64,000 nucleotides of DNA from positions 2,788-66,787 of the forward strand of contig DASSTC010000057.1 in NCBI GenBank assembly GCA_035708065.1, written 5' to 3'. The stretch's first letter is position 1. Each line of letters opens with the position of its first letter. A program made the position numbers and the translations under genes. Source of the stretch: Candidatus Limnocylindria bacterium (lineage in GTDB: Bacteria; Chloroflexota; Limnocylindria; QHBO01). Shown here in pieces: positions 56,925-64,000 of this stretch. The notes beneath the pieces are model-generated. The model was not told the origin of the DNA. It saw only the letters and a program-made list of their open reading frames with translations, and did not search any database.

Positions 56925-57577
56925 GGCCGCGATCCCACGTGCGCCAAGCAGAGGGTCGGCTCGACGAACGGCTCGAGGCGCACCTCCTCGTACGGCGCGC
57001 CGAGCTCCTCCAGCGCCCCGCGCATCAGGCCCAGGTGGACGCCGCAAACCACGTCACCGCGGTCGCGGGCGAGCCGGCCGAACGGGCAGGCGTGGAGCCG
57101 GATCGGGTCGCCGGCGTGCGCGGGTGCCTCCGGCGAGAAGCCCGCGTCGTCGAGCAGGTCCACCAGCTGGCCGACGGCGTCGTCGCCGCTGTCGTCCGCG
57201 GCGCCGGCCAGCGCGCGGCCCCAGCGCTCCCCGGCACGGCGGGCCGCGGCGTGCGAATCGGGACGTCGGGCGAGCTCGTCGGCCAGGACCGTGGCCAGCG
57301 CGCGGTAGGGCGCCGCATCGTCATCGGTCGCGCCGGGTGCGACGCGGTAGCGGATCGATGGGCGGCCTCGACCGCCGGACCGGGCGAATTCGGTGACGAC
57401 CAGTCCGGCGCCGATCAGCTGCTCGAGGTGTTCGCGCGCGGTGTTCGGGTGGAGATCGACCGCATCGGCCAGATCGCGGATGCCCATCGGCTCCGGTGCC
57501 GCCTGGCGCAGGACGGTCAGCAGCCGCGAGCGGCTGACGCCCGCGAGCAGGCGATGTCGGTCGAGTGACGGCGTCAT
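56921..57577 (-). CDS. winged-HTH (ArsR/SufR-like) regulator with C-terminal Cys/His domain
   Basis: SRSRLLTVLRQAAPEPMGIRDLADAVDLHPNTAREHLEQLIGAGLV wHTH. C-terminal LHACPFGRLA...VVCGVHLG...TLCLAH. Confidence 0.75.
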   Translation of the reverse strand: MTPSLDRHRLLAGVSRSRLLTVLRQAAPEPMGIRDLADAVDLHPNTAREHLEQLIGAGLVVTEFARSGGRGRPSIRYRVAPGATDDDAAPYRALATVLADELARRPDSHAAARRAGERWGRALAGAADDSGDDAVGQLVDLLDDAGFSPEAPAHAGDPIRLHACPFGRLARDRGDVVCGVHLGLMRGALEELGAPYEEVRLEPFVEPTLCLAHVGSRP

Positions 57578-57579
57578 GC

Positions 57580-57609
57580 TTGCATTTTGCACGGAAGTAG
57601 GCGTAAATA
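57580..57609 (+). promoter_or_regulatory. candidate sigma70-type promoter for the hemerythrin operon
   Basis: TTGCAT, 18 nt, TAAATA in the most AT-rich stretch of the window, about 40 nt upstream of ATG 57650. The -35 overlaps a TTGCA-TT-TTGCA direct repeat 4 nt from the divergent regulator ATG. Confidence 0.45.
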
Positions 57610-57649
57610 TCAAGTGTCCACACCCGCGGGCCCCAAGGAGCCACCCGAG

Positions 57650-58120
57650 ATGATGACCATGACCGACCAGCAGGCAGCCGATGCCATGCATGCCCACCAC
57701 GAAGAGATGAGCACGGCGCTGCGACAGCGCGTCGCGGCCCTGGGTGCCGCCGTTCAGTCGCGGCAGGGGCATTTCGACCAGCAGCGTGCCGTCCTCGACT
57801 ACCTCGAGCACGACCTGCTGCCGCACGCCATGGCCGAGGAGAAGGCGCTCTATCCGGCCGGTGACAGTGGCCTCACCGCCATGCTGGTGCGGGCGATGCT
57901 TGCCGAGCACCGGAATCTCATCGCGCACGTCGATGCGTTCCGCAACGCGACCGATGCCATCCAGGCGGTCGCGCTGTCGAGCGCCATCCTGGCGCTCTTC
58001 GAATCGCACCTGTCCAAGGAGAACGACCTGCTCATCCCGGCGCTGGTCGCCGACGAGCACGTCTCCCTGGTCGAGCTGCTGGGCGGCATGCACGAGCTGC
58101 TCGGCGAAGGCCACGCATGA
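57650..58120 (+). CDS. hemerythrin HHE cation-binding domain protein
   Basis: HHEEM, LLPHAMAEEKALYP, EHRNL and ESHLSKENDLLIP His/Glu ligand pattern. AAGGAG SD lies 9 nt before ATG 57650. Confidence 0.8.
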   Translation: MMTMTDQQAADAMHAHHEEMSTALRQRVAALGAAVQSRQGHFDQQRAVLDYLEHDLLPHAMAEEKALYPAGDSGLTAMLVRAMLAEHRNLIAHVDAFRNATDAIQAVALSSAILALFESHLSKENDLLIPALVADEHVSLVELLGGMHELLGEGHA

Positions 58121-58590
58121 CCGATGCCGCCGTCGACGGGCTGGCCGGGGTGCTCATCAAAGCCCTGCGACGGCTTGGCACCGCCGGTCAGCCCGAGGCG
58201 GCCAGCCGCCTCGGCGCGGAGGCCTACGTCCTGGTGCGGCATGACCAGCCGCGCATCGCGGAGCGCCTGAACGGCGTGATGCACCATCTCGCGCGGCTCG
58301 AAGCCGCGCTCGAATCCGAAAGGAGCACACCGGTGACCGATGATCTCGTCCTCGACGTTCGCAGCGAGCCGCCCATCCGACGGCACGGCCTCATCTTCGA
58401 GACGTTCGACAAGCTCGCCGTCGGCACGGCATTCGTGCTGGTCAACGACCACGACCCGAAGCCGCTCTACTACCAGCTGGCCGCCGAGCAGGGCGGCACG
58501 TTCAGCTGGGACTACCTGGAGCAGGGCCCGCAGGTCTGGCGCGTCCGGATCGCTCGAACCGCGGAAGCCGATGTCGCTCAGCCGGCCTGA
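58117..58590 (+). CDS. DUF2249 domain protein
   Basis: LDVRSEPPIRRHGLIFETFDKLAVGTAFVLVNDHDPKPLYYQL...FSWDYLEQGPQVWRVRI is the DUF2249 pattern; ATGA overlap with the hemerythrin stop. Confidence 0.8.
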   Translation: MTDAAVDGLAGVLIKALRRLGTAGQPEAASRLGAEAYVLVRHDQPRIAERLNGVMHHLARLEAALESERSTPVTDDLVLDVRSEPPIRRHGLIFETFDKLAVGTAFVLVNDHDPKPLYYQLAAEQGGTFSWDYLEQGPQVWRVRIARTAEADVAQPA

Positions 58591-58593
58591 CCG

Positions 58594-58785
58594 ATGATGC
58601 ACATCCCGATCGAGGCGCCGCGCGATGAGCGTGCGTTGCTCGAGCTCGGGGATCCTGCCGGCCGCGCGACCCATGCCGATGGTGGCCTGACCCCATGGGC
58701 GTGTGGCTGCTCGGAGGACGCCGCCGTGTGCAACGACGAGCGCTGCGTCGACATCGTCCCCGAGCTGTTCGTCGAGCTGATCTGA
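58594..58785 (+). CDS. small Cys-rich hypothetical protein (63 aa)
   Basis: Starts 3 nt after the DUF2249 stop; C-x-C-x7-C-x5-C (WACGCSEDAAVCNDERCVDIVPELF); GC3 mostly high. Confidence 0.4.
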   Translation: MMHIPIEAPRDERALLELGDPAGRATHADGGLTPWACGCSEDAAVCNDERCVDIVPELFVELI

Positions 58786-59195
58786 CGCTCACCCTGCCGA
58801 CCGGTCGCCTCGCGGCGCTGCTGCGCGGCGCGGCGACCGGTGATCTCCTGCCGCCCGCGACCGTGGAGTTCGGTCGCGCGCGCCGCCTCGATGCGACCGC
58901 GTTCGTGCTGCCCGGCACCGGTCGCATCGAGGACTATGTCGCCGCGCTGTCCGGCGAGGCTCCCACCTTCGCCGCGTGGGACGGGCGCATCGCCGTCGTC
59001 GAGCCGGATGGCGCGACACCGCACCGGGTGGTGATCGTCGATCGCTACGGCCAGGTCTACGAAGCCACCGACGCGGAGGGCACCGCGGGGTTGCCGACGG
59101 TGGCGGCCCTCGAGGAGTGGTTCAGGTTCCTGGCCACGGCGTGCCCGGAGTGCGGCGTGCTCGACGACCCGCGACCGCGGGACTGGACTCCGTAG
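58695..59195 (+). CDS. hypothetical thioredoxin-fold-like protein, start unresolved
   Basis: The convincing coding part runs from about 58786 (LTLTLPTGRLAALL...VVIVDRYGQVYEATD...ATACPECG). The only upstream start codons give an Arg-rich overlap with the previous ORF. Confidence 0.45.
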   Translation: MGVWLLGGRRRVQRRALRRHRPRAVRRADLTLTLPTGRLAALLRGAATGDLLPPATVEFGRARRLDATAFVLPGTGRIEDYVAALSGEAPTFAAWDGRIAVVEPDGATPHRVVIVDRYGQVYEATDAEGTAGLPTVAALEEWFRFLATACPECGVLDDPRPRDWTP

Positions 59196-59204
59196 ACGAC
59201 GCAT

Positions 59205-59240
59205 GCGAGGGCGGCCGCTCGATCGAGCGGCCGCCCTCGC
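59205..59240. terminator. 36-nt perfect palindrome, bidirectional terminator candidate
   Basis: GCGAGGGCGGCCGCTCGA/TCGAGCGGCCGCCCTCGC between convergent gene ends 59195 (+) and 59260 (-). Confidence 0.55.
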
Positions 59241-59259
59241 TGCTTGCCGACGCAGACGG

Positions 59260-59586
59260 TCAGACGGGTCGCGGCGCGTGCGTGTACGACCCACCGGTCA
59301 TGTAGCGCACCGCGGCGTCCACGACCACGCCCAGCACGATTCCGCCGATGAGCGCCGTCACCAGATACAGGCCGTCGAATGCCGGCCCGAACGTGCTGAG
59401 GCTGCCGAACGCCTCGCTGCCGAGCCAACCGCCGACCAGCACCGCCGCGGCGCTGACCAGCCACTCGTAGCCGGTCTTCGGCTCACCGACGAACAGCGGA
59501 ACGGCGCCGAGCACCAGGGCGCCGGCGATCAACAGGATCACGGCAATGCCGCTCATCCCCACGTTCCAGTCGAACAGCTCGAGCAT
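59260..59586 (-). CDS. GlsB/YeaQ/YmgE-family stress membrane protein
   Basis: Small three-TM Gly-rich protein (IAVILLIAGALVLG...GGWLGSEAF...LIGGIVLGVVVD); GAGGAGG SD before ATG 59586. Confidence 0.75.
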   Translation of the reverse strand: MLELFDWNVGMSGIAVILLIAGALVLGAVPLFVGEPKTGYEWLVSAAAVLVGGWLGSEAFGSLSTFGPAFDGLYLVTALIGGIVLGVVVDAAVRYMTGGSYTHAPRPV

Positions 59587-59843
59587 GTCACACCTCCTCG
59601 GGTTCACTCGTGTGTCGACATGCTCAGGATCGGCGGCCGATTCGCGACCGTTGAGTGCCAGAGGTCGTCAATCGGCGGGTACGTTCGGCCCGAATCGGCG
59701 GCGCGCCGCTGCTGCGGCCGGGTTCGGGCCATTGGTCGTCGATCGCGATGACGGGCGGCCCTTCCACGGCGGCGGGCCGACCGCCGAGGCTTGCATGAGC
59801 AGCCGGCGAATCCAGAGCGTGGCGCCGGCGGAAGGAGATGGGC

Positions 59844-60305
59844 ATGAAATCGGTAGTGATCTACGCGTCTCACGCCGGGAACACGCGGCGCATCGCCGAG
59901 GCGGTCGCCAGGGCGCTTCGCACGGCAGGCCCGACGGAGGTGATGCACGCCGAGCAGGTGATGGCGCTCGAGGACGACGTCGACCTGCTCGTCATCGGTG
60001 GGCCGACGGAGGGCCACGGTCCGACGCCGGAGATCAAGGACCTGGTGCACCGCATCGCCGGCACGGTGCGCGGCCTTCGCGCAGCCGCGTTCGACACGCG
60101 GCTGCAATGGCCGAAGCTGCTCTCGGGCTCGGCCGCCGCGGCGATCGGCGCCTCCCTGCGTGCCAGCGGCGCGCGGGTGGTGCTGCCGCCGGAAAGCTTC
60201 ATCGTATCGATGAAGCCGGAGCTGCTGCCCGGAGAGGAGGAGCGCGCGACGGCCTGGGGCGAACAGCTCGTGAACCGCGTCGCGGAGCTGGCCATCCCGG
60301 TCTAG
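59844..60305 (+). CDS. flavodoxin-family protein
   Basis: MKSVVIYASHAGNTRRIAEAVA...DLLVIGGPTEGHG pattern; AAGGAG lies 7 nt before ATG 59844. Confidence 0.8.
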   Translation: MKSVVIYASHAGNTRRIAEAVARALRTAGPTEVMHAEQVMALEDDVDLLVIGGPTEGHGPTPEIKDLVHRIAGTVRGLRAAAFDTRLQWPKLLSGSAAAAIGASLRASGARVVLPPESFIVSMKPELLPGEEERATAWGEQLVNRVAELAIPV

Positions 60306-60539
60306 CGAAAGGAGGTCGACATGCCGCGGCGAATCGGTCGTCCGCGAGTCGTTCGCAATCTCACCTCTCCGCTGCGCACCAGGCTGCGGACGAGCGTACC
60401 GCGCATTCGGCGGCGCCTCGTGCGACGGCCGATGCGCTGGATGCTGCCTCGCTGGTTCGAGCTACGGGTTCCCGGCCGGCGATCGGTTGGGGGGTGACCC
60501 ACGCTGCGGCGGCGGCCGGTCGGCCGCTGCCGCCTTCCC

Positions 60540-60776
60540 TCATTCGTCGGGCCAGTCGAGGCCGAAGATCAGCGGCCGGCTGATCGCCAGCCGCGGCTCG
60601 AAGTAGCCGCACAGGATCGCCGCATCCGGCCCCTCCACCGACCCCTGGGAGTATGCGCAGGTCCGGCACTCGGTGGCCGGGCGTCGTCCGTGGCGGGGAC
60701 AGGCGACGGCACCCTCGCGCACGAGCAGCTGCAACGGAGCGCGACGGTCGTTTCGCTGAACTGTTGAGCTCACCAT
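60540..60776 (-). CDS. small Cys-containing hypothetical protein (78 aa)
   Basis: High GC3 in this frame; CPRH...CRTC...C arrangement; start uncertain. Confidence 0.4.
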   Translation of the reverse strand: MVSSTVQRNDRRAPLQLLVREGAVACPRHGRRPATECRTCAYSQGSVEGPDAAILCGYFEPRLAISRPLIFGLDWPDE

Positions 60777-60865
60777 GCGGTCAGCGTGCCGCTTGACCGA
60801 CGAGGCGCCAAGGGCCATTCGGCACCATTGCATCGCTCGGCTGCTGGCCGTCCTGGTGCGTCTCC

Positions 60866-61756
60866 TCAGCCGGGTGCGCGAACGACCAGGACCGATGCGC
60901 CGGCGTGCTGGATCACGTTCCGCGCCACGCTGCCCAGCGCCCCGGGGAAGCCGGTCGAGCTGCGTCGCGAGCCGGTGACGATCAGGTCAGCTCCGATCTC
61001 CCTGGCCAGCTCGAGGATCTCCTGGGCCGGGTTGCCGGTGGCGACCCGGGCTTGCGCCTCGACGCCCGCCGCGCGCAGCCGTTCGGTGGCGACCCGCGCA
61101 ACCTCACGGTGCGTGGCGAGCCGCTCGTCGGCGAGCTGAATCTCGAGCTCGGCCCACGCTGCCGACCCGAATCCGCCGGCGCCGACGCCGACGAGTGACG
61201 AGATCGGCTGGCTGACGCTGACCACGTCGACCGGCATGCCGCGAACGATCGGCCAGGAGGCGACCGCTTCGACGGCGGGTTCCGAGGTGGCCGTGCCGTC
61301 GCTGGCCAGCAGGACGTGGCTGACCGACGGCGCGCGCGCGACGAGCACCGAGCAGTGCGCCTGGCTGCTCACCTCGGTTGACACCGACCCGAGCAGCGCC
61401 GAGCGAATGACACCATGTCCGCGGCTGCCCATCACGATCAGGTCGGCATTGATGCGCTCCGCCTCCGCCCGGACCGCGGCGCCCGGATGGCCGCGCAGCA
61501 CCGCGCTCTCGACGCGACGGCCGGGGCCGGAAAGCGCACGGACGACGGTCTGCAGCTCCGCGGCAAGGTCCTCGACCAGCTGGGCATCGGCCTCCGCCGG
61601 ATCGACCGGCACGCTGCCGAGCTCGAACAGCGATGAGCGCGGCCGGAGCACCGTCACCGCTTCGATGTAGCTGTCGTCGGGTAAGTCGAGGTGGGCGAGC
61701 AGGTCGCGCGCCTGCTCCGAGCCCGCCGATCCGTCGTACGCGTAGAGCACTCGCAT
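60866..61756 (-). CDS. universal stress protein, tandem UspA domains
   Basis: Two repeats, each ending in the ATP-binding-type motif (VMGSRGHG...VS and IVTGSRRSSTG...GSVA); GGGAG SD before ATG 61756. Confidence 0.85.
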   Translation of the reverse strand: MRVLYAYDGSAGSEQARDLLAHLDLPDDSYIEAVTVLRPRSSLFELGSVPVDPAEADAQLVEDLAAELQTVVRALSGPGRRVESAVLRGHPGAAVRAEAERINADLIVMGSRGHGVIRSALLGSVSTEVSSQAHCSVLVARAPSVSHVLLASDGTATSEPAVEAVASWPIVRGMPVDVVSVSQPISSLVGVGAGGFGSAAWAELEIQLADERLATHREVARVATERLRAAGVEAQARVATGNPAQEILELAREIGADLIVTGSRRSSTGFPGALGSVARNVIQHAGASVLVVRAPG

Positions 61757-61936
61757 CCGCAATCTCCCGTTGGGTCTGTTCACGCCCAGCATGGCCGCGC
61801 CGGCGGACGTTGAACAGGGCCACTCGGCCGGTCGGCGAGCGCCGAGCACGAGGCTCGCCGACCGAGGGCCGAATGGCACGACCCTTCACGACGCGCGGCA
61901 CTCGCCAGCGCGGCGGCCCGGACCGAGGCTCAGTGC

Positions 61937-62359
61937 ATGAACGACACTGAGCAGCCGCTGAACCTGGTGCTCTTTTCGGGCACCGATGACAAGCTCGAGG
62001 CGGCCGCCGTCCTGGCCGCCGGAGCGGCGGCCCTGGGCCGGCCGGTCCACATCTTCCTGCAGTACTGGGCGCTGAACGCGTTCCGATCGGACGGCATCGG
62101 CGGCGACCACGGGCTCGCCGCGGAGGCCGGGGAGGCCGGCCGCGCATCGGTCGATGCGCTGGCGGCGGCCGGGCAGTCGGGCTGGCCGGAGACGCTGCGC
62201 CAGGTCAAGGAGATCGGCGAGGTCGATATCCAGGCCTGCTCGCTGTCGATGGACCTGTTGCATCTCGAACCCGGCGACCTCGATCCACTCGTCGACGGCG
62301 TGGAGGGCGTGACCTCCTTCTGGCTGTCGGCGGCAAGCGGCCAGGTCGTCTTCATCTGA
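61937..62359 (+). CDS. DsrE/DsrF-like sulfur-relay family protein
   Basis: LNLVLFSGTDDKLEAAAVLAAGAAALG...IQACSLSMDL, 140 aa. Confidence 0.75.
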   Translation: MNDTEQPLNLVLFSGTDDKLEAAAVLAAGAAALGRPVHIFLQYWALNAFRSDGIGGDHGLAAEAGEAGRASVDALAAAGQSGWPETLRQVKEIGEVDIQACSLSMDLLHLEPGDLDPLVDGVEGVTSFWLSAASGQVVFI

Positions 62360-62370
62360 CGGAGAACGCC

Positions 62371-62607
62371 ATGACCACCATGACCATCAATCAGCGGGTG
62401 GACGCCCGCGGCTTGTCCTGCCCGATGCCGATCGTCAAGGTCGCACAGACCATGAAGCAGCTCGGCGCAGGCGAGACGTTGGAGATGCTCGCCACGGACC
62501 CCGGGTCGGTGCGCGACGTCGAGGCCTGGGCTCGGACGACCGGACACCAGCTGCTCGAATCGACGACGGACGGCGGCGTCTACCGCTTCGTCCTGCGCCA
62601 CAAGTGA
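62371..62607 (+). CDS. TusA/SirA-family sulfurtransferase
   Basis: DARGLSCPMPIVK CPxP active-site motif, 78 aa. Confidence 0.85.
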   Translation: MTTMTINQRVDARGLSCPMPIVKVAQTMKQLGAGETLEMLATDPGSVRDVEAWARTTGHQLLESTTDGGVYRFVLRHK

Positions 62608-62617
62608 GGCGATCGAC

Positions 62618-63166
62618 ATGACGCTGACCGTTGACCGCCCGGTCGAAGCACCGGCGGTCGAACCACAGCCAACCATCGACGAGCCGCTGAAGACGAAGGA
62701 GCTCGTCATCGTCAACTGGAGCGGCGACCTCGACAAGATGTGGCCGGTCCTGATCCTGTCGTCGACCGCTGCCGCCAGCGGCGTCCACTGCAAGGTGTTC
62801 GTCACCTTCTGGGGGCTGCTGCCGTTCGTCAAGGACGGGAAGCGGATCGTGGGCGACAACTGGATGCAGAAGATGCTGTCGCTGATGCAGCGACCGGGCA
62901 TCGACCACCTCAAGCTCTCGAAGATGAACTTCTTCGGGATGGGCCCCTGGATGCTGGACAGCTTGCGCCGCCGGTACAACGTCGCCAGCCCGCGCGAGCT
63001 GCTCGAGGCCGCCCTGGCGATGGGCGTCGAGTTCGTCCCGTGCCAGATGACGATGGACATGTTCGGGCTCAAGCGCGAGGACCTGGTCGACGAGATGGGC
63101 GAACCGGCCGGCGCGGCCACCGCGATCGCCCTGATGACCGAGGCCGATGCCTCGCTCTTCATCTGA
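62618..63166 (+). CDS. DsrE/DsrF/DrsH-like family protein
   Basis: LVIVNWSGDLDKMWPVLILSSTAAASG...FVPCQMTMDMFGL, 182 aa. Confidence 0.75.
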   Translation: MTLTVDRPVEAPAVEPQPTIDEPLKTKELVIVNWSGDLDKMWPVLILSSTAAASGVHCKVFVTFWGLLPFVKDGKRIVGDNWMQKMLSLMQRPGIDHLKLSKMNFFGMGPWMLDSLRRRYNVASPRELLEAALAMGVEFVPCQMTMDMFGLKREDLVDEMGEPAGAATAIALMTEADASLFI

Positions 63167-63183
63167 ACAAGGAGGCGACTGAC

Positions 63184-63432
63184 ATGATCCAGACCGCCCG
63201 TCCCGCCGTCACCCGGGTCGTCGACGCGCGTGGAAGCTATTGCCCGGGACCGCTGATGGAGCTGATCCGTGCCATCCGGGAGGGAGCCGTCGGCGACGTC
63301 ATCGCCGTGTACTCGTCGGACTCGGGCAGCAAGATCGACATCCCGAAGTGGGTGGAAAAGGCGCAGCACCGGCTGATCGCGGTCGAGTCACGCGACGGCT
63401 ACGACGAGATCGTCGTCGAGAAGATGCGGTAG
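63184..63432 (+). CDS. TusA-like sulfurtransferase
   Basis: DARGSYCPGPLMEL CPxP-type motif; AAGGAGG SD before ATG 63184. This is only the last 82 codons of track ORF 62740..63432. Confidence 0.8.
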   Translation: MIQTARPAVTRVVDARGSYCPGPLMELIRAIREGAVGDVIAVYSSDSGSKIDIPKWVEKAQHRLIAVESRDGYDEIVVEKMR

Positions 63433-63439
63433 GCGAGCG

Positions 63440-64000
63440 ATGGACCGCATCGTCATCGTCGGTGGGGGCGTCGGCGGAACGCTCACCGCCAACCTGCTCG
63501 TGAAGCGGCTGCGACGCCGCCTGCGGCTCGGCGACGTGACGATCACGCTGATCGACCGCGCCGGACGACACGTCTACCAGCCCGGCTTCATGTACATCGC
63601 CATGGGCGGTGAGCGCGCCGAGCACCTCGAGCGGAGGGAGCGCGCGCTCGTCGACCCGTGGGTGCACATCGTCGTCGGCGAGGTCGAACGGGTGGATGAG
63701 GTGCTCCACACCGTGAACCTCGCCGACGGCGAGCGCGTCGGCTACGACCATCTCGTGCTGGCGCCCGGCTGCCGGATCGTCCCCGAGGAGATCGAACATT
63801 TCGGTGCCGAGGCTCACCACTTCTACACGGCCGATGCCGCGCTCGCGCTGCGCCAGGCGCTCGACGCCTTCGACGGCGGGCGGATCGTCATCGGCATCGC
63901 CGGGATGCCGTACAAATGCCCGCCGGCCCCGCTGGAGGTCGCGTTCCTCATCGAGTCGGAGCTGCGCGACCGCGGATTGCGCGACGCTTCCGAGCTCCAC
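63440..64000 (+). CDS. FAD-dependent sulfide:quinone oxidoreductase-like protein (3' end beyond window)
   Basis: Own translation: MDRIVIVGGGVGGTLTANLL...YQPGFMYIA...GMPYKCPPAPLE. The ORF is open to the window end, so it is absent from the track. Confidence 0.8.
   Translation, partial: MDRIVIVGGGVGGTLTANLLVKRLRRRLRLGDVTITLIDRAGRHVYQPGFMYIAMGGERAEHLERRERALVDPWVHIVVGEVERVDEVLHTVNLADGERVGYDHLVLAPGCRIVPEEIEHFGAEAHHFYTADAALALRQALDAFDGGRIVIGIAGMPYKCPPAPLEVAFLIESELRDRGLRDASELH

Noticed and set aside
61930-64000. Minus-strand ORFs 61930..63369 and 63299..64000
   Set aside because: They are antisense to the DsrE/TusA/SQR genes and have a low-complexity Ser/Arg/Ala-rich composition.

Overview
Very GC-rich, gene-dense chromosomal segment with actinobacterium-like gene content: a PAC2 proteasome-chaperone homologue, an LLM/F420-type oxidoreductase, a GlgM-type glycosyltransferase and a DosS/DosR-like GAF kinase pair. 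I call about 70 protein genes, one tRNA-Gly(UCC) and a few cis elements. I see no rRNA, CRISPR array, transposase, integrase or phage genes. Many long ORFs in the six-frame track are antisense or out-of-frame shadows typical of high-GC DNA. I chose real genes by recognisable motifs, high third-position GC, SD sequences and the very frequent 4-nt ATGA/GTGA start-stop overlaps. Layout: (1) 1-6.3 kb holds oxidoreductase and hydrolase genes (PHP, MBL, SDR; GMC oxidoreductase + small subunit + aldehyde dehydrogenase). (2) 7.6-12.4 kb is a sugar ABC importer, convergent with a 12.4-19.0 kb translationally coupled catabolic operon (creatininase-family, DeoC, TIM-barrel isomerase, Gfo/Idh/MocA, amidohydrolase, MFS). 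(3) 19-31 kb is mixed (DUF411, PAC2, TetR-controlled ABC exporter, LLM oxidoreductase, lipase, tRNA-Gly). (4) 31.8-42.2 kb is one long minus-strand run: CopA, YHS, ferritin-like VIT1 (MbfA-type), two ABC-2 ATPase/permease pairs, esterase, receiver, PAS/GAF kinase. (5) 42.4-47.8 kb holds GlgM, a LuxR-VOC fusion, MFS, a LiaF-like protein and DoxX. (6) 47.9-64 kb is a candidate hypoxia / nitrite-NO / sulfide stress island. It contains a NarL-type regulator + GAF kinase divergent from a three-domain copper nitrite reductase, two His-rich polytopic membrane proteins, flavodoxins, a CMD protein, an FNR-like reductase, DUF59, hemerythrin, DUF2249, a tandem USP and a DsrE/TusA/DsrE/TusA/SQR cluster. 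The most interesting non-genic signal is a 158-nt imperfect-palindrome element present twice (42269-42426 and 53143-53300), the second copy inside a ~490-nt ORF-free gap. All product names come from my own motif recognition, not from database searches, and all identity counts were made by hand.
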